A stretch of 64,000 nt of DNA. Origin: Minisyncoccia bacterium (GTDB lineage Bacteria; Patescibacteriota; Minisyncoccia; Phycocordibacterales; Phycocordibacteraceae). This document shows positions 1-8,379 of this stretch, piece by piece (position 1 is the stretch's first letter; the number at the start of each line of letters is the position of its first letter). Under the pieces are notes generated by a model. It had not been told where the DNA came from and made no database searches. It was given only the letters and a program-made list of their open reading frames with translations. Where the stretch lies: contig JBAQPM010000007.1 in the NCBI GenBank assembly GCA_049305795.1, positions 731 to 64,730 on the forward strand, read 5' to 3'. Both the position numbers and the translations under genes were made by a program.

Positions 1-232
1 TTACCTCTGTAAGTTTTGTAAGTAAAAAAAATCACGATATTGAGACTCAAATAGCCGATATTTACGCGTATCCTGCAAATAGGCGTTGTGCACACGATGA
101 CAATCACCAGGAAATGATTTCAGGTTCCTATGAACACAAGATCTGTCAGCTTTTACCGGCCAAATTAGCCCAAATGGATGGGACGCCCTGCCACTATAGG
201 CTTCCCCTTACGTAGTCTTCTAGAATAGAAAT

Positions 233-261
233 GGGAAAAGCGGCACTTGTCCGCTTTTCCC
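233..261. terminator. 11-bp perfect GC-rich hairpin (gggaaaagcgg...ccgcttttccc), terminator-like
   Basis: Inverted repeat read directly in the sequence; A/T runs sit on both sides of the stem. Confidence 0.4.
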
Positions 262-684
262 TAGACTGATTTGTAGCCAAATTGGCTTACTTGCCAGCCC
301 TTAGCTAAATTATACACACCTACAATGAAGGGTCAATGATATCCACACCTAGGCCTTGACCCGATTATTTTGACATAATTTATTTATATTACCCAATATA
401 TACGCGTTTTTGTTACTTAATATGATACCCTTATCCCTATGAAAACCGTCAAAAGCACCTCTATAGAATCACTCCATAGAGGTATAGCTATTATCTTCAC
501 CACCGACGATGGGGAAGTCGTAGCCCTTCAATTTGGCAAACACCAAGCACGCCAGCTTATGAAAGCTATCCTTCTTAAACTTGGCGTTGGGAGAGGGGAG
601 GGGGAAGAGTGAAATCCCCATCCTTAGGTTGACCCGTTTTCGTTCCGTAGTAGGGTGGGTATTAGAGCACCCCACAAATCCAGA

Positions 685-775
685 AACCTTACGATCAAAG
701 CTCCGTCTAGGGGCGGTTTACTCGTAAGGTTTTCCGTTCCTAGGCGGTGTTTTGTTACTCATAAAAACCTTACGA
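685..775 (+). promoter_or_regulatory. Repeated 10-mer AACCTTACGA (685-694, inverted copy 722-731, 766-775 abutting the ATG) plus repeated CCGT(C/T)CTAGG(G)GCGG (703-716, 734-746) upstream of CDS 777
   Basis: Direct and inverted motif copies seen in the sequence; the third copy ends 1 nt before the start codon. Confidence 0.4.
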
Positions 776-776
776 C

Positions 777-1322
777 ATGAAAAAAACTCTAGCGGTGGTA
801 GCTTTTCTATTGCTAACGGCTATACCGGCTCACGCACAAGTACAAGGAATGACTGAACAGCAGAGACTCACTCTTATATCCGAGATTAAGGCTAAGATTG
901 AATTCCTCATTCAGCAGCTTGAAGTGGTTAGAAAAGAGGAAAAAGAAAAACAAGCTCAAAAACGAGAAGATCAGAAAGAACAGAATGAAAAGGAAAAACT
1001 CTGCACTACTGCTACAAAAGCAAAGAATGAGCACGAAGCCAAAGAACGAAAAGTGACTCAAAAATATAATAAAGAGATCGAGGAAACTAAAAAAAATTCA
1101 AATGGTGTCTTCGGAGGTGCTCTTGATCAAATGGTATGGGATATTGAGCGGAAGAAATCCAGCGAACTGGCAGATCTATCTATCGAAGGTATGTCCATCC
1201 TAGATAACTACAATCTCTATTGTCACAATTACACTGCATCTCCTCGTCCTTCAACCTATACTCCGCCAACACAGACCTATTGTACTGAATTAAGTTCTGG
1301 ATTTAGTTGTACGTCGTACTAG
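777..1322 (+). CDS. Secreted Lys/Glu-rich coiled-coil protein, unknown function
   Basis: N-terminal signal-peptide-like segment (MKKTLAVVAFLLLTAIPAHA); long KE-rich heptad region; Cys-containing C-terminal part; terminator follows. Confidence 0.5.
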   Translation: MKKTLAVVAFLLLTAIPAHAQVQGMTEQQRLTLISEIKAKIEFLIQQLEVVRKEEKEKQAQKREDQKEQNEKEKLCTTATKAKNEHEAKERKVTQKYNKEIEETKKNSNGVFGGALDQMVWDIERKKSSELADLSIEGMSILDNYNLYCHNYTASPRPSTYTPPTQTYCTELSSGFSCTSY

Positions 1323-1340
1323 GTATATCCTCTTTTACAG

Positions 1341-1370
1341 ACCACCGTTAACGCGGTGGTTTTGTGTTTT
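1341..1370 (+). terminator. Rho-independent terminator (accaccg-ttaacg-cggtggt plus T-run)
   Basis: Stem-loop and U-tract immediately after the stop of CDS 777..1322. Confidence 0.6.
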
Positions 1371-1427
1371 AGAAGGGTAGGGAGCAAGACTTCCCCTTTT
1401 GGAATCTATATAATTACTTTAGATACT

Positions 1428-1757
1428 TTGAATACATCTGTGGCCGTCCAGAAATGCTGATAATCGTCTTTTACATGTAGTGATGCGGGGACGCTGCCTC
1501 TGTAGAGGAGGTAGCGGTTATCAGACTAACTTTACTGCTGTGAAGACATTCACCTCAGGAATGACTGCCCCCGTGTCAGCACAATACGAAATTGTGAACC
1601 GATTGGGTAACCGAACGGGAATCGAGCGTACTGTGACAAAGGGAGAGCCTCTCCCTCCGACACTTGCATCAGGTCAAACATTCCGAATCGCAGACAAGAC
1701 GAAGCACTAGCTTATTCTTGGTGGCCGACCTTTCGGGGCGGCCACAGATGTATTCAA
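1428..1757. mobile_element. MITE-like or structured element bounded by 19-bp perfect terminal inverted repeats (TTGAATACATCTGTGGCCG at 1428-1446; reverse complement at 1739-1757)
   Basis: Perfect TIRs read in the sequence; GC-rich interior versus AT-rich flanks; TTTAGAT heptamer on both flanks (1418-1424 and 1758-1764); the interior ORF 1480..1710 is not protein-like. Confidence 0.35.
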
Positions 1758-1930
1758 TTTAGATTCCCGGCAGGGTAGGGTTATATATTTCCTCAAACTC
1801 TTTCTTTATTTGACAAGGTGCGTTCTCTATATTCTAATAGTCGCACAATATATCTTTTGCGACCCTATCCTAGAGGAACTTGGGAGACTTCCGCCTTGGA
1901 GATATTCTTTGGCTTTGGACTTCCCAATCT

Positions 1931-2209
1931 CTATGCTCCTTCCTCTTCGTTTAGATCTGTTAAATGTCGAGTGAAGTGTTGTTTAATTGTTGCGTCTAGT
2001 GCTTTGCTAAATTTGATTGCGTGCTTAGGAGTTAAGACAACTTCGGCCACAAGTTGACCCACGGGTGCATTTGGTCGCAGGTATGCAAATTGTATGACTA
2101 CAGAGTCATCCGATACCGTCACCTGGGTCGCGTTTGAAAATGCAGGCGTTGCATCAGGTGGCATGGCCACTGATATCTGTTTTTGTTCGTTTTGGTCTTT
2201 ATCATCCAT
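1931..2209 (-). CDS. Hypothetical protein
   Basis: ORF with balanced composition, convergent to CDS 777; no recognisable motifs. Confidence 0.4.
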   Translation of the reverse strand: MDDKDQNEQKQISVAMPPDATPAFSNATQVTVSDDSVVIQFAYLRPNAPVGQLVAEVVLTPKHAIKFSKALDATIKQHFTRHLTDLNEEEGA

Positions 2210-2227
2210 GGTAAGAAATGATTATTA

Positions 2228-2461
2228 TTAGAAGAACGAAATAATGCTTGCATAGAGGCCACTGAAGAAATGTATGACCCATTCTATTGCCGTTCCGATT
2301 GAATTAACGATGAGGTGATAGATATCCGCTAAAAGTCCTCCCACAAAGGCAAAATTTGCCTGGCCAACAGGGGAATTGACGATGCTTTGAATTGAGATGC
2401 CGAAAAATGAAAGAAGGAGCACTACAATGACGGTCCAGAAAATAATGCGGAACATCAGCAT
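2228..2461 (-). CDS. Small integral membrane protein (2 predicted TM helices)
   Basis: Hydrophobic helices in the translation; directly upstream of CDS 1931..2209 on the same strand. Confidence 0.45.
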   Translation of the reverse strand: MLMFRIIFWTVIVVLLLSFFGISIQSIVNSPVGQANFAFVGGLLADIYHLIVNSIGTAIEWVIHFFSGLYASIISFF

Positions 2462-2576
2462 ATAGTACCGCGACCTTGGTCTACGGAAAAGGAGGTTTTA
2501 AAGAGGGCCGCTTCCCTGCCCCTTCGATAAAATCTCGGCTAGACGATTCTTCATGATTTTTGTCAAACGTCGCACA

Positions 2577-3917
2577 TTACAAATACGACATTGGGTTTAG
2601 ATAGGCATCTTTTGGCGCGACAGGCATCGTTGCACTTGCGCATGGAGAGGTTGCGCCGCGATACTGTTGAAGCGTCATAATTTTTACTCCTGCACTTGCA
2701 TACGTTGCAAAATGAAGGTGTGGCCCAGTTGCGTATCCGGTCATGCCGGAATATCCAAGCACTGCACCAGTACCGACTCCCTGCCCTTTTGCCACGAGAA
2801 TGGTTGAAAGGTGTGCGTAGAGGGTTGAAAGTCCATTTGCGTGTGTAACGAGAACCCATTTACCAAAAGAGTAACAACCGGGGGCCGCATCGGTATTTCC
2901 CGTGCCGGCAACAACACCGGAAAGTGCCGCTTGTACGGCGGTACCGATGGGTACGCCAAGATCAATGCCATTATGGCCGCTGCCGTTATACACCTGGGGA
3001 TTTGCCGTTGCGAAAGGTGTCGTTCCAAAATATTGCGTGACACAAAAAGGATTCCCAAGGTAGGCGGATTTTCCTTTACAACTTGTCATAACGGTATTTG
3101 AAAATGGCCACGAAAGAACTCCTGAACCTACATGTGGAATTGACGCTGACCCGACACTCTTGAGACTGTTTTCAAGCTGCGAAAGCTCGGCCTCAAATGC
3201 CGCTTGTTGGGCCTTTTTTTGTGCAATAAGTTTCTGATAGGAACTCTCTTGATTTTTCGTTTGCGTAAGCAGTGTTTGCTTTTCCTGTTTTGCAGCATCA
3301 AGAGCTTTTTGTTGTCCTGAAAGAGTGCTTTTGAGTGAAGATAATTCCGCTTTTGTTTTGGTTACTTCGGTTTGACGATCAGTTAATACTTGTTTTGCGT
3401 TTGCAAGATCTGCAGCATGAGTACGAAGTGCGCGCGTGAGTGACGCGTCAGCGTCCACCGCCTCCCACACATCTGAAAGAGATTCGGAGGAAAAAATACT
3501 TGCCACAAGCGGCTGCGCGTCTCTCATAGACATGTCACGGAGGGAATCTGCGACTGCCAAGGTATCAATAGTAATTAACTCTTCTTTGTCTGCAATTTGA
3601 GAACCAAGAGAGGTGAGCGTGAGATTTGCATCTGCGATTTTATTTTGTGTAACGGATATCTGTGCAGTTATTTTTTGACGCGAAATATCAAGTGTCTGTA
3701 TCGCTGATTGAAGTGTTTGCTTTTGAGAACCAAGGACATCCAATTGTTTTTGATAGGCAGTTATTTCTTTTTCAAGAGCCGCTATCTGCTCGGTGTGATT
3801 GCTTATCTGCGCTTTAATTTCCGCGGCTGTCTGTGCGTACGCAAAGAAAAAAGGCAGAAAAAAAAGAACGGAAAGAGAAAGAACAGGAATTAAAAAACGT
3901 CGAACCGGCGTGGTCAT
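2577..3917 (-). CDS. M23 family metallopeptidase with a long N-terminal coiled coil (EnvC/LytM-like murein hydrolase)
   Basis: N-terminal TM/signal; about 250 aa of Q/A/L-rich coiled coil; C-terminal LytM motifs (HNGIDLG ... GYSGMTGYATGPHLHF); start overlaps the gltX stop (ATGA). Confidence 0.8.
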   Translation of the reverse strand: MTTPVRRFLIPVLSLSVLFFLPFFFAYAQTAAEIKAQISNHTEQIAALEKEITAYQKQLDVLGSQKQTLQSAIQTLDISRQKITAQISVTQNKIADANLTLTSLGSQIADKEELITIDTLAVADSLRDMSMRDAQPLVASIFSSESLSDVWEAVDADASLTRALRTHAADLANAKQVLTDRQTEVTKTKAELSSLKSTLSGQQKALDAAKQEKQTLLTQTKNQESSYQKLIAQKKAQQAAFEAELSQLENSLKSVGSASIPHVGSGVLSWPFSNTVMTSCKGKSAYLGNPFCVTQYFGTTPFATANPQVYNGSGHNGIDLGVPIGTAVQAALSGVVAGTGNTDAAPGCYSFGKWVLVTHANGLSTLYAHLSTILVAKGQGVGTGAVLGYSGMTGYATGPHLHFATYASAGVKIMTLQQYRGATSPCASATMPVAPKDAYLNPMSYL

Positions 3918-5329
3918 TCTCCCAGTATACCAAGGGCTGTATGAAGACGAGAAATCGCTTCTTCACGGCCCAAAATGTAGATAAGCGTAAAAGGATCGGG
4001 TGAACGCTCCTGGCCTGAAAGAGCATAGCGGAGCGGCCACAAAACGGCCCCCCTGCCCTCTTGCTCTGCATAGGACATAATGGCGTCCTTTGCGTCTTCA
4101 ACAGAAGGCTCAGTGGAAAGCGTGCCTACAAGATCTGCAAGATGTTTTAGGTATTCCTTGGTAGACCCAGGGCTATCTTGTGGCTCTTTTGAAACAAGGA
4201 GTTCACGTTTTGGGACGGGTTTTGAAAAGAGAGAAGCAAGCTCTCCGGTAAGCATGTCACGCGCCTCGCCAAACGTATGAGCGCGTTCTTTAAGAAGCGG
4301 AATGATTTTACGCATGGTTGAATCTATTTCAAAGGAACCTCGCACTGCATATTCTTCGTCGGAAAGTTTGCGCATCCATTCTTGATTGAGGAAAAGTAGC
4401 TTGTCATCATCAAGCCGTGCACCGCCCTTTTGTACTTTGGAAATATCAAACAAAGAAATCAGTTGTCCAACAGAAAGAATTTCTTCATTACCCTCTGGGT
4501 GCCATCCAAGCAGCGCAAGAAAATTCACCATGGCTTCTGGTAGGTATCCTTCGGCACGGTATTCGAGTAAATCCTTCGCACCATCGCGTTTTCCTAGTTT
4601 TTTGTTTCCTTCCTCATTCAAAATAGGCGGAAGCGTTGCGAACACAGGAGGCGTAACGCCGAGTGCATCGTAGAGCGAAAGAAATTTCGGCGTGGAGGCA
4701 ATGAATTCCTGACCGCGCATCACATGCGTGATGTGCATTTCAATGTCGTCAACGACGTGTGCAAAGTTGTAGGTTGGATAGCCGTCCGACTTCATGAGTA
4801 TGAAATCATCAAGCGCCTCTTCACCCGCAGAAAGTGGACCGCGCACAAGGTCATGCCATTCGTATCGTTTTATTTCAGGCACCCGGAACCGGAGAGGCTG
4901 TGAACCGTCCCACTCCTCCACGGTCTCGGGACGATGATCTCGAAAAAGAAATGGTCGTTTTTCATCCTCTGCTTTTTTTCGAAACGCATCCAATTCTTCA
5001 GTCGTGTAGGGGTCGGGGTACGCATAACCCTTTTCAATAAGCTTTGTTGCATACGTGCGATAGCTTTCAAGCCGTGCAGATTGAATATAAGGCTCGTATG
5101 GACCACCAATATCAGGACCCTCATCCCACTCAATACCAACCCATTTAAGGGATTCCATTATGTGCCCAATAGAACCTTCCACTTCTCGTTCTTTGTCAGT
5201 GTCTTCAATACGCAAAATAAACTGACCGTCGTGTTTGCGCGCAAAAAGCCAAGCATAGAGTGCGGTGCGAACTCCACCCACATGCATGTATCCCGTCGGA
5301 GACGGCGCGAATCGTGTACGTACGGTCAT
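3914..5329 (-). CDS. gltX: Glutamate--tRNA ligase
   Basis: Class I HIGH motif region RFAPSPTGYMHVGGVRTALYAW and KMSKS-like KLGKRDG; length 471 aa. Confidence 0.9.
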   Translation of the reverse strand: MTVRTRFAPSPTGYMHVGGVRTALYAWLFARKHDGQFILRIEDTDKEREVEGSIGHIMESLKWVGIEWDEGPDIGGPYEPYIQSARLESYRTYATKLIEKGYAYPDPYTTEELDAFRKKAEDEKRPFLFRDHRPETVEEWDGSQPLRFRVPEIKRYEWHDLVRGPLSAGEEALDDFILMKSDGYPTYNFAHVVDDIEMHITHVMRGQEFIASTPKFLSLYDALGVTPPVFATLPPILNEEGNKKLGKRDGAKDLLEYRAEGYLPEAMVNFLALLGWHPEGNEEILSVGQLISLFDISKVQKGGARLDDDKLLFLNQEWMRKLSDEEYAVRGSFEIDSTMRKIIPLLKERAHTFGEARDMLTGELASLFSKPVPKRELLVSKEPQDSPGSTKEYLKHLADLVGTLSTEPSVEDAKDAIMSYAEQEGRGAVLWPLRYALSGQERSPDPFTLIYILGREEAISRLHTALGILGE

Positions 5330-6471
5330 ACGGTTACTTCGTGCGTAAGCGCAATGCGCACGATCTCTTCCGCGATAATTCGCGCCGCGTCTCCTGGCAT
5401 AAAGGTTTTTCCTTTTTCGCCCATTGATTTTTGGAGCGCTGGGTCAGAAGCGATGCGACGGATTTCGGAGGCAAGCACATGCGGTGTCATATTTGATTCT
5501 TCAAGCACTACCGCAGCACCGGTGTGCGCATAGGCATAGGCATTGGTACGCTGGTCGTGACTGATTGATTCAGGGATAGGAATCAAAATGCCCGGTTTAC
5601 CCCACACCCCAAGCTCGGCGAGTGCCGTAGCACCTGCGCGAGAAACAACGACATTCGCCGCGCCTGCGGCGCGGCGAATCGACTGGGTGGAAAGATACGG
5701 AAACGCATGGTACCGAGAAGCATCTTTGTTTCCAGAAAGTTCCACTTTGGCAAGACCCTCCACATTTTTAAAATCTGCTTTCCCCGTTTGATGAATGACA
5801 TTTACAAACGAGACGAGATCTGGAAGCGTACCGAGCACGGTTTCGTTAATACGCTCCGATCCGGAGGATCCCCCAATAATAAAAACAGTCGGGACAGAGG
5901 TATCAAGCCCAAGCTCCTGTGCTGCACCCTCGGCGTCAATATGTGCAACTTCTTTGCGAATAGGAATGCCCGTAAGCGCGATACGAGCTCGCACTTTTTC
6001 TGGAAAATATGCCACAGCACTTTCGAATGAAACGGCAATACGGTACGCGAAGCGAGATGCAAGGATATTGGCACGTCCTGGTTTTGAATCCGACTCATGA
6101 ATAAGAACAGGAATGCCTATGATGCGCGCTGCAAGCACCACCGGCACGCTTGCATACCCGCCTTTTGAAATCACCACGTCGGGATAGATAGTGAACAACA
6201 CATAGAGCGCGTGGAAAAATCCACTTATCGTGCGGAATACATCGAGAATATTTGAAAGAGAAAAATACCGGCGCCACTTCCCTGCCCCAATCGAAATAAA
6301 GACCAATTCATTTTCAAAAAGAGCTTCTTCGTCAAAAGGCACGGGTGCCAAATAATACAGGCGCGGTGCAACCAGTTTTTGCTCCGCAACAATGTCGCGT
6401 ATAGACTCCACAATGGCGATAAGCGGGTAAAAATGACCCCCCGTGCCCCCTCCGGTAAAGACGATTTTCAT
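5326..6471 (-). CDS. murG: UDP-N-acetylglucosamine--N-acetylmuramyl-(pentapeptide) pyrophosphoryl-undecaprenol GlcNAc transferase
   Basis: N-terminal FTGGGTGGHFYP glycine loop typical of MurG; GT28 C-terminal domain. Confidence 0.9.
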   Translation of the reverse strand: MKIVFTGGGTGGHFYPLIAIVESIRDIVAEQKLVAPRLYYLAPVPFDEEALFENELVFISIGAGKWRRYFSLSNILDVFRTISGFFHALYVLFTIYPDVVISKGGYASVPVVLAARIIGIPVLIHESDSKPGRANILASRFAYRIAVSFESAVAYFPEKVRARIALTGIPIRKEVAHIDAEGAAQELGLDTSVPTVFIIGGSSGSERINETVLGTLPDLVSFVNVIHQTGKADFKNVEGLAKVELSGNKDASRYHAFPYLSTQSIRRAAGAANVVVSRAGATALAELGVWGKPGILIPIPESISHDQRTNAYAYAHTGAAVVLEESNMTPHVLASEIRRIASDPALQKSMGEKGKTFMPGDAARIIAEEIVRIALTHEVTV

Positions 6472-6615
6472 GCGAGTATTTGCGGCTTAATGACTCGGAT
6501 TATATCACCAAATAGGCCGTACCTTAAAAGATACTGTTTTCTTATGCACCGATTATTTTTGACTTTTTAGGTAAGGTTTTCTACTCTTTCCTTTAGATTA
6601 GAAAAGGAGGAAGAG

Positions 6616-6918
6616 ATGAGAGAAATTATCTCCTGGTCTGTTGATCCAAGGATTGCAAGGTCAAAGGAGGATGTGCTGGTAATCGCAGAAATTTATTACC
6701 GCATGCCCGATTATCCCTCAATCTTGCAAGCCTACATCTGGCAAGAACTTGATGTTCCCCCCGAATACCGCGAACTGCATGGTTTCCTGGACTTTTGGGA
6801 TGAGAACTTAGAAGGAAAAATTTACTCGGTGAAAATCGCGAACAGATACCTGGTGAAACCAGGCGAGCTTCGAATCCGTAGGAAATTGCGAATACACACG
6901 GAATTCAGGCTTCATTAA
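6616..6918 (+). CDS. Hypothetical protein (100 aa), lone plus-strand gene with strong RBS
   Basis: AAAGGAGGAAGAG 6 nt before the ATG; TTGACT promoter-like hexamer upstream; followed by terminator 6929-6960. Confidence 0.5.
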   Translation: MREIISWSVDPRIARSKEDVLVIAEIYYRMPDYPSILQAYIWQELDVPPEYRELHGFLDFWDENLEGKIYSVKIANRYLVKPGELRIRRKLRIHTEFRLH

Positions 6919-6928
6919 TCCTGCTGGC

Positions 6929-6960
6929 AAAAAGGCCGCCCATACCAGGCGGCCTTTTTC
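6929..6960. terminator. Bidirectional rho-independent terminator (aaaaggccgcc-loop-ggcggccttttt)
   Basis: Perfect 9-bp GC stem flanked by an A-run and a T-run, between convergent genes. Confidence 0.7.
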
Positions 6961-6982
6961 GTGATTCTAACTTCCAAGAAAA

Positions 6983-7483
6983 CTATCTCGTAACAGAAAT
7001 AGTTTGTCCAAGTTCAGCCGCAGGAGCAGTGATGGTGTAGCGACCATTGGCATCTTTCTTTACTGAATACTTGCTGTCGTAATTCGTTGCACTCGTCCAT
7101 GAGGCGCCGGTTGCCGAAGGATCAAAAGGAAGACTTGCAGGAATATACGTTGGCGTGAGACAGGAAAGGTCAATATTTCCGGCTCCTGAAGTACTCGTAA
7201 TGTTGTAGACCGTATCAACGGTAAGCGTTGGGCAAGTGTACGTGTCACTTCCAATGGTATAGGTGCCTTCAAATATTCCTTTGTTGTCCGCAATTCTCTG
7301 GCCTATGGCGTTTAGCAGTGTCGTGACATTGCTTTGTCGCTGTGCATTACGCGCCTCTGCAAATTGTCGCGCAGGGTTGAGTGCCACGAGAACCACCGCA
7401 GCGAGGATTGCAATAATGCCAATAACGACGAGTACTTCAATAAGCGTAAAACCAGAACGAACACGCGTGCGAGCAATGCGCAT
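6983..7483 (-). CDS. Type IV pilin (prepilin with class III signal)
   Basis: N-terminus RSGFTLIEVLVVIGIIAILAAV has the prepilin peptidase site G|FTLIE with Glu at +5. Confidence 0.8.
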   Translation of the reverse strand: MRIARTRVRSGFTLIEVLVVIGIIAILAAVVLVALNPARQFAEARNAQRQSNVTTLLNAIGQRIADNKGIFEGTYTIGSDTYTCPTLTVDTVYNITSTSGAGNIDLSCLTPTYIPASLPFDPSATGASWTSATNYDSKYSVKKDANGRYTITAPAAELGQTISVTR

Positions 7484-7544
7484 AAAATATCTTGTTATTT
7501 TTATAGGCGAACTTTAGCATTGCGCCGCGCTCAAAAAATATTTT

Positions 7545-7931
7545 TTACGGGGAGTTGGGGATTTCTTTTTGCGTAAAGGAGAAATCGTGTAGATCAAGCA
7601 CCACCTCGCGCGCCGATGTTGCCTGTTTCCATATACCTTCAACGAAAAAAGAAATGCTCTCAGCCTCCTGAGTAATCTTTGTTATGGAACAAGATCCGTA
7701 TGGGAGTGCAAGCGCAGTATCTACAACATAGGAAGAATCTTTTTTAAATAGGAGACGAGCGGTTTCTGTGCACGTGTCTGCATTATGCCGGGCTTGCAGG
7801 GCAAATTCCGTATCAAGACTGTTAAAACGAGAGAGGAATGCGCGAGTGCCTTCGGTCATGACGACCAGTAAAAGAATTACCGATACTAACAGCACGGACA
7901 CGAGTGCAATAAATCCCCGCTCGTTACTCAT
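7545..7931 (-). CDS. Pseudopilin / minor pilin
   Basis: N-terminus MSNERGFIALVSVLLVSVILLLV (G|F...hydrophobic helix); start overlaps the stop of the upstream pilin gene. Confidence 0.6.
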   Translation of the reverse strand: MSNERGFIALVSVLLVSVILLLVVMTEGTRAFLSRFNSLDTEFALQARHNADTCTETARLLFKKDSSYVVDTALALPYGSCSITKITQEAESISFFVEGIWKQATSAREVVLDLHDFSFTQKEIPNSP

Positions 7932-8379
7932 GGAAAAATTGTTTTATCGTAAAGGTTCTATCAGAAATCGTCACCGCTGCGGCAACACCTTTCACAGAGC
8001 CTGATGCAAGCGAAACAAAAGACATTTCTGAAACGTCCACGTTTGTGCTGGTGAGCGGTATCCACTCTCCGCTTCCTGTTTTCATTGCCACGGTATGTGC
8101 ATGTATAGAAAATGTGACGGGACTCCTCTCTGGATCATCCTGGGAGATAACGAGCGTTCCACTTGAACCTCTTTCAGGTTCAATGATTTCTTTTGCGTGC
8201 ATAAGTGCAAAGCGTATTTTAGCGATGACAAAACGCCCTTCTTCCTCTACTGCAAGCGCGTGCGCGCCCTGTGCGGAGGTTCCTCCGATCCCTGACACAA
8301 GCGAAAACACGCCAAACATGAGTATGGAGAGAAGCGAAAGATAGATCAGCGTTTCAATGAGCGTTGTGCCGCGCATCAT
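7924..8379 (-). CDS. Pseudopilin / minor pilin
   Basis: N-terminus MMRGTTLIETLIYLSLLSIL with prepilin-like G|TTLIE; overlapping starts and stops with neighbours. Confidence 0.6.
   Translation of the reverse strand: MMRGTTLIETLIYLSLLSILMFGVFSLVSGIGGTSAQGAHALAVEEEGRFVIAKIRFALMHAKEIIEPERGSSGTLVISQDDPERSPVTFSIHAHTVAMKTGSGEWIPLTSTNVDVSEMSFVSLASGSVKGVAAAVTISDRTFTIKQFFHE

Noticed and set aside
1-130. Possible minus-strand partial CDS running off the left edge of the window
   Set aside because: The translation (…LVIVIVCTTPICRIRVNIGYLSLNIVIFF…) is low-complexity with no recognisable domain; there is not enough evidence to call it.
1480-1710. ORF 1480..1710 (76 aa) as a protein-coding gene
   Set aside because: Gly/Arg/Thr-rich with no RBS; it lies inside the inverted-repeat-bounded structured element, and its reading frame is better explained as a by-product of GC-rich RNA or MITE sequence.
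1428-1757. RNase P RNA, tmRNA or SRP RNA in the inverted-repeat element
   Set aside because: I looked in both orientations for GGAAAGUCCGG / ACAGAANCCGGCUUA (RNase P), a tag-peptide ORF plus a T-arm-like 3' end (tmRNA), and the GGUGCUGUUUACC/AGGUCAGG domain IV (SRP); none is present.
2563-3101. ORFs 2563..2859, 2741..3058 and 2841..3101 inside the M23 peptidase gene
   Set aside because: These are shadow or alternative-frame ORFs fully overlapping a well-supported 446-aa gene with clear LytM motifs.
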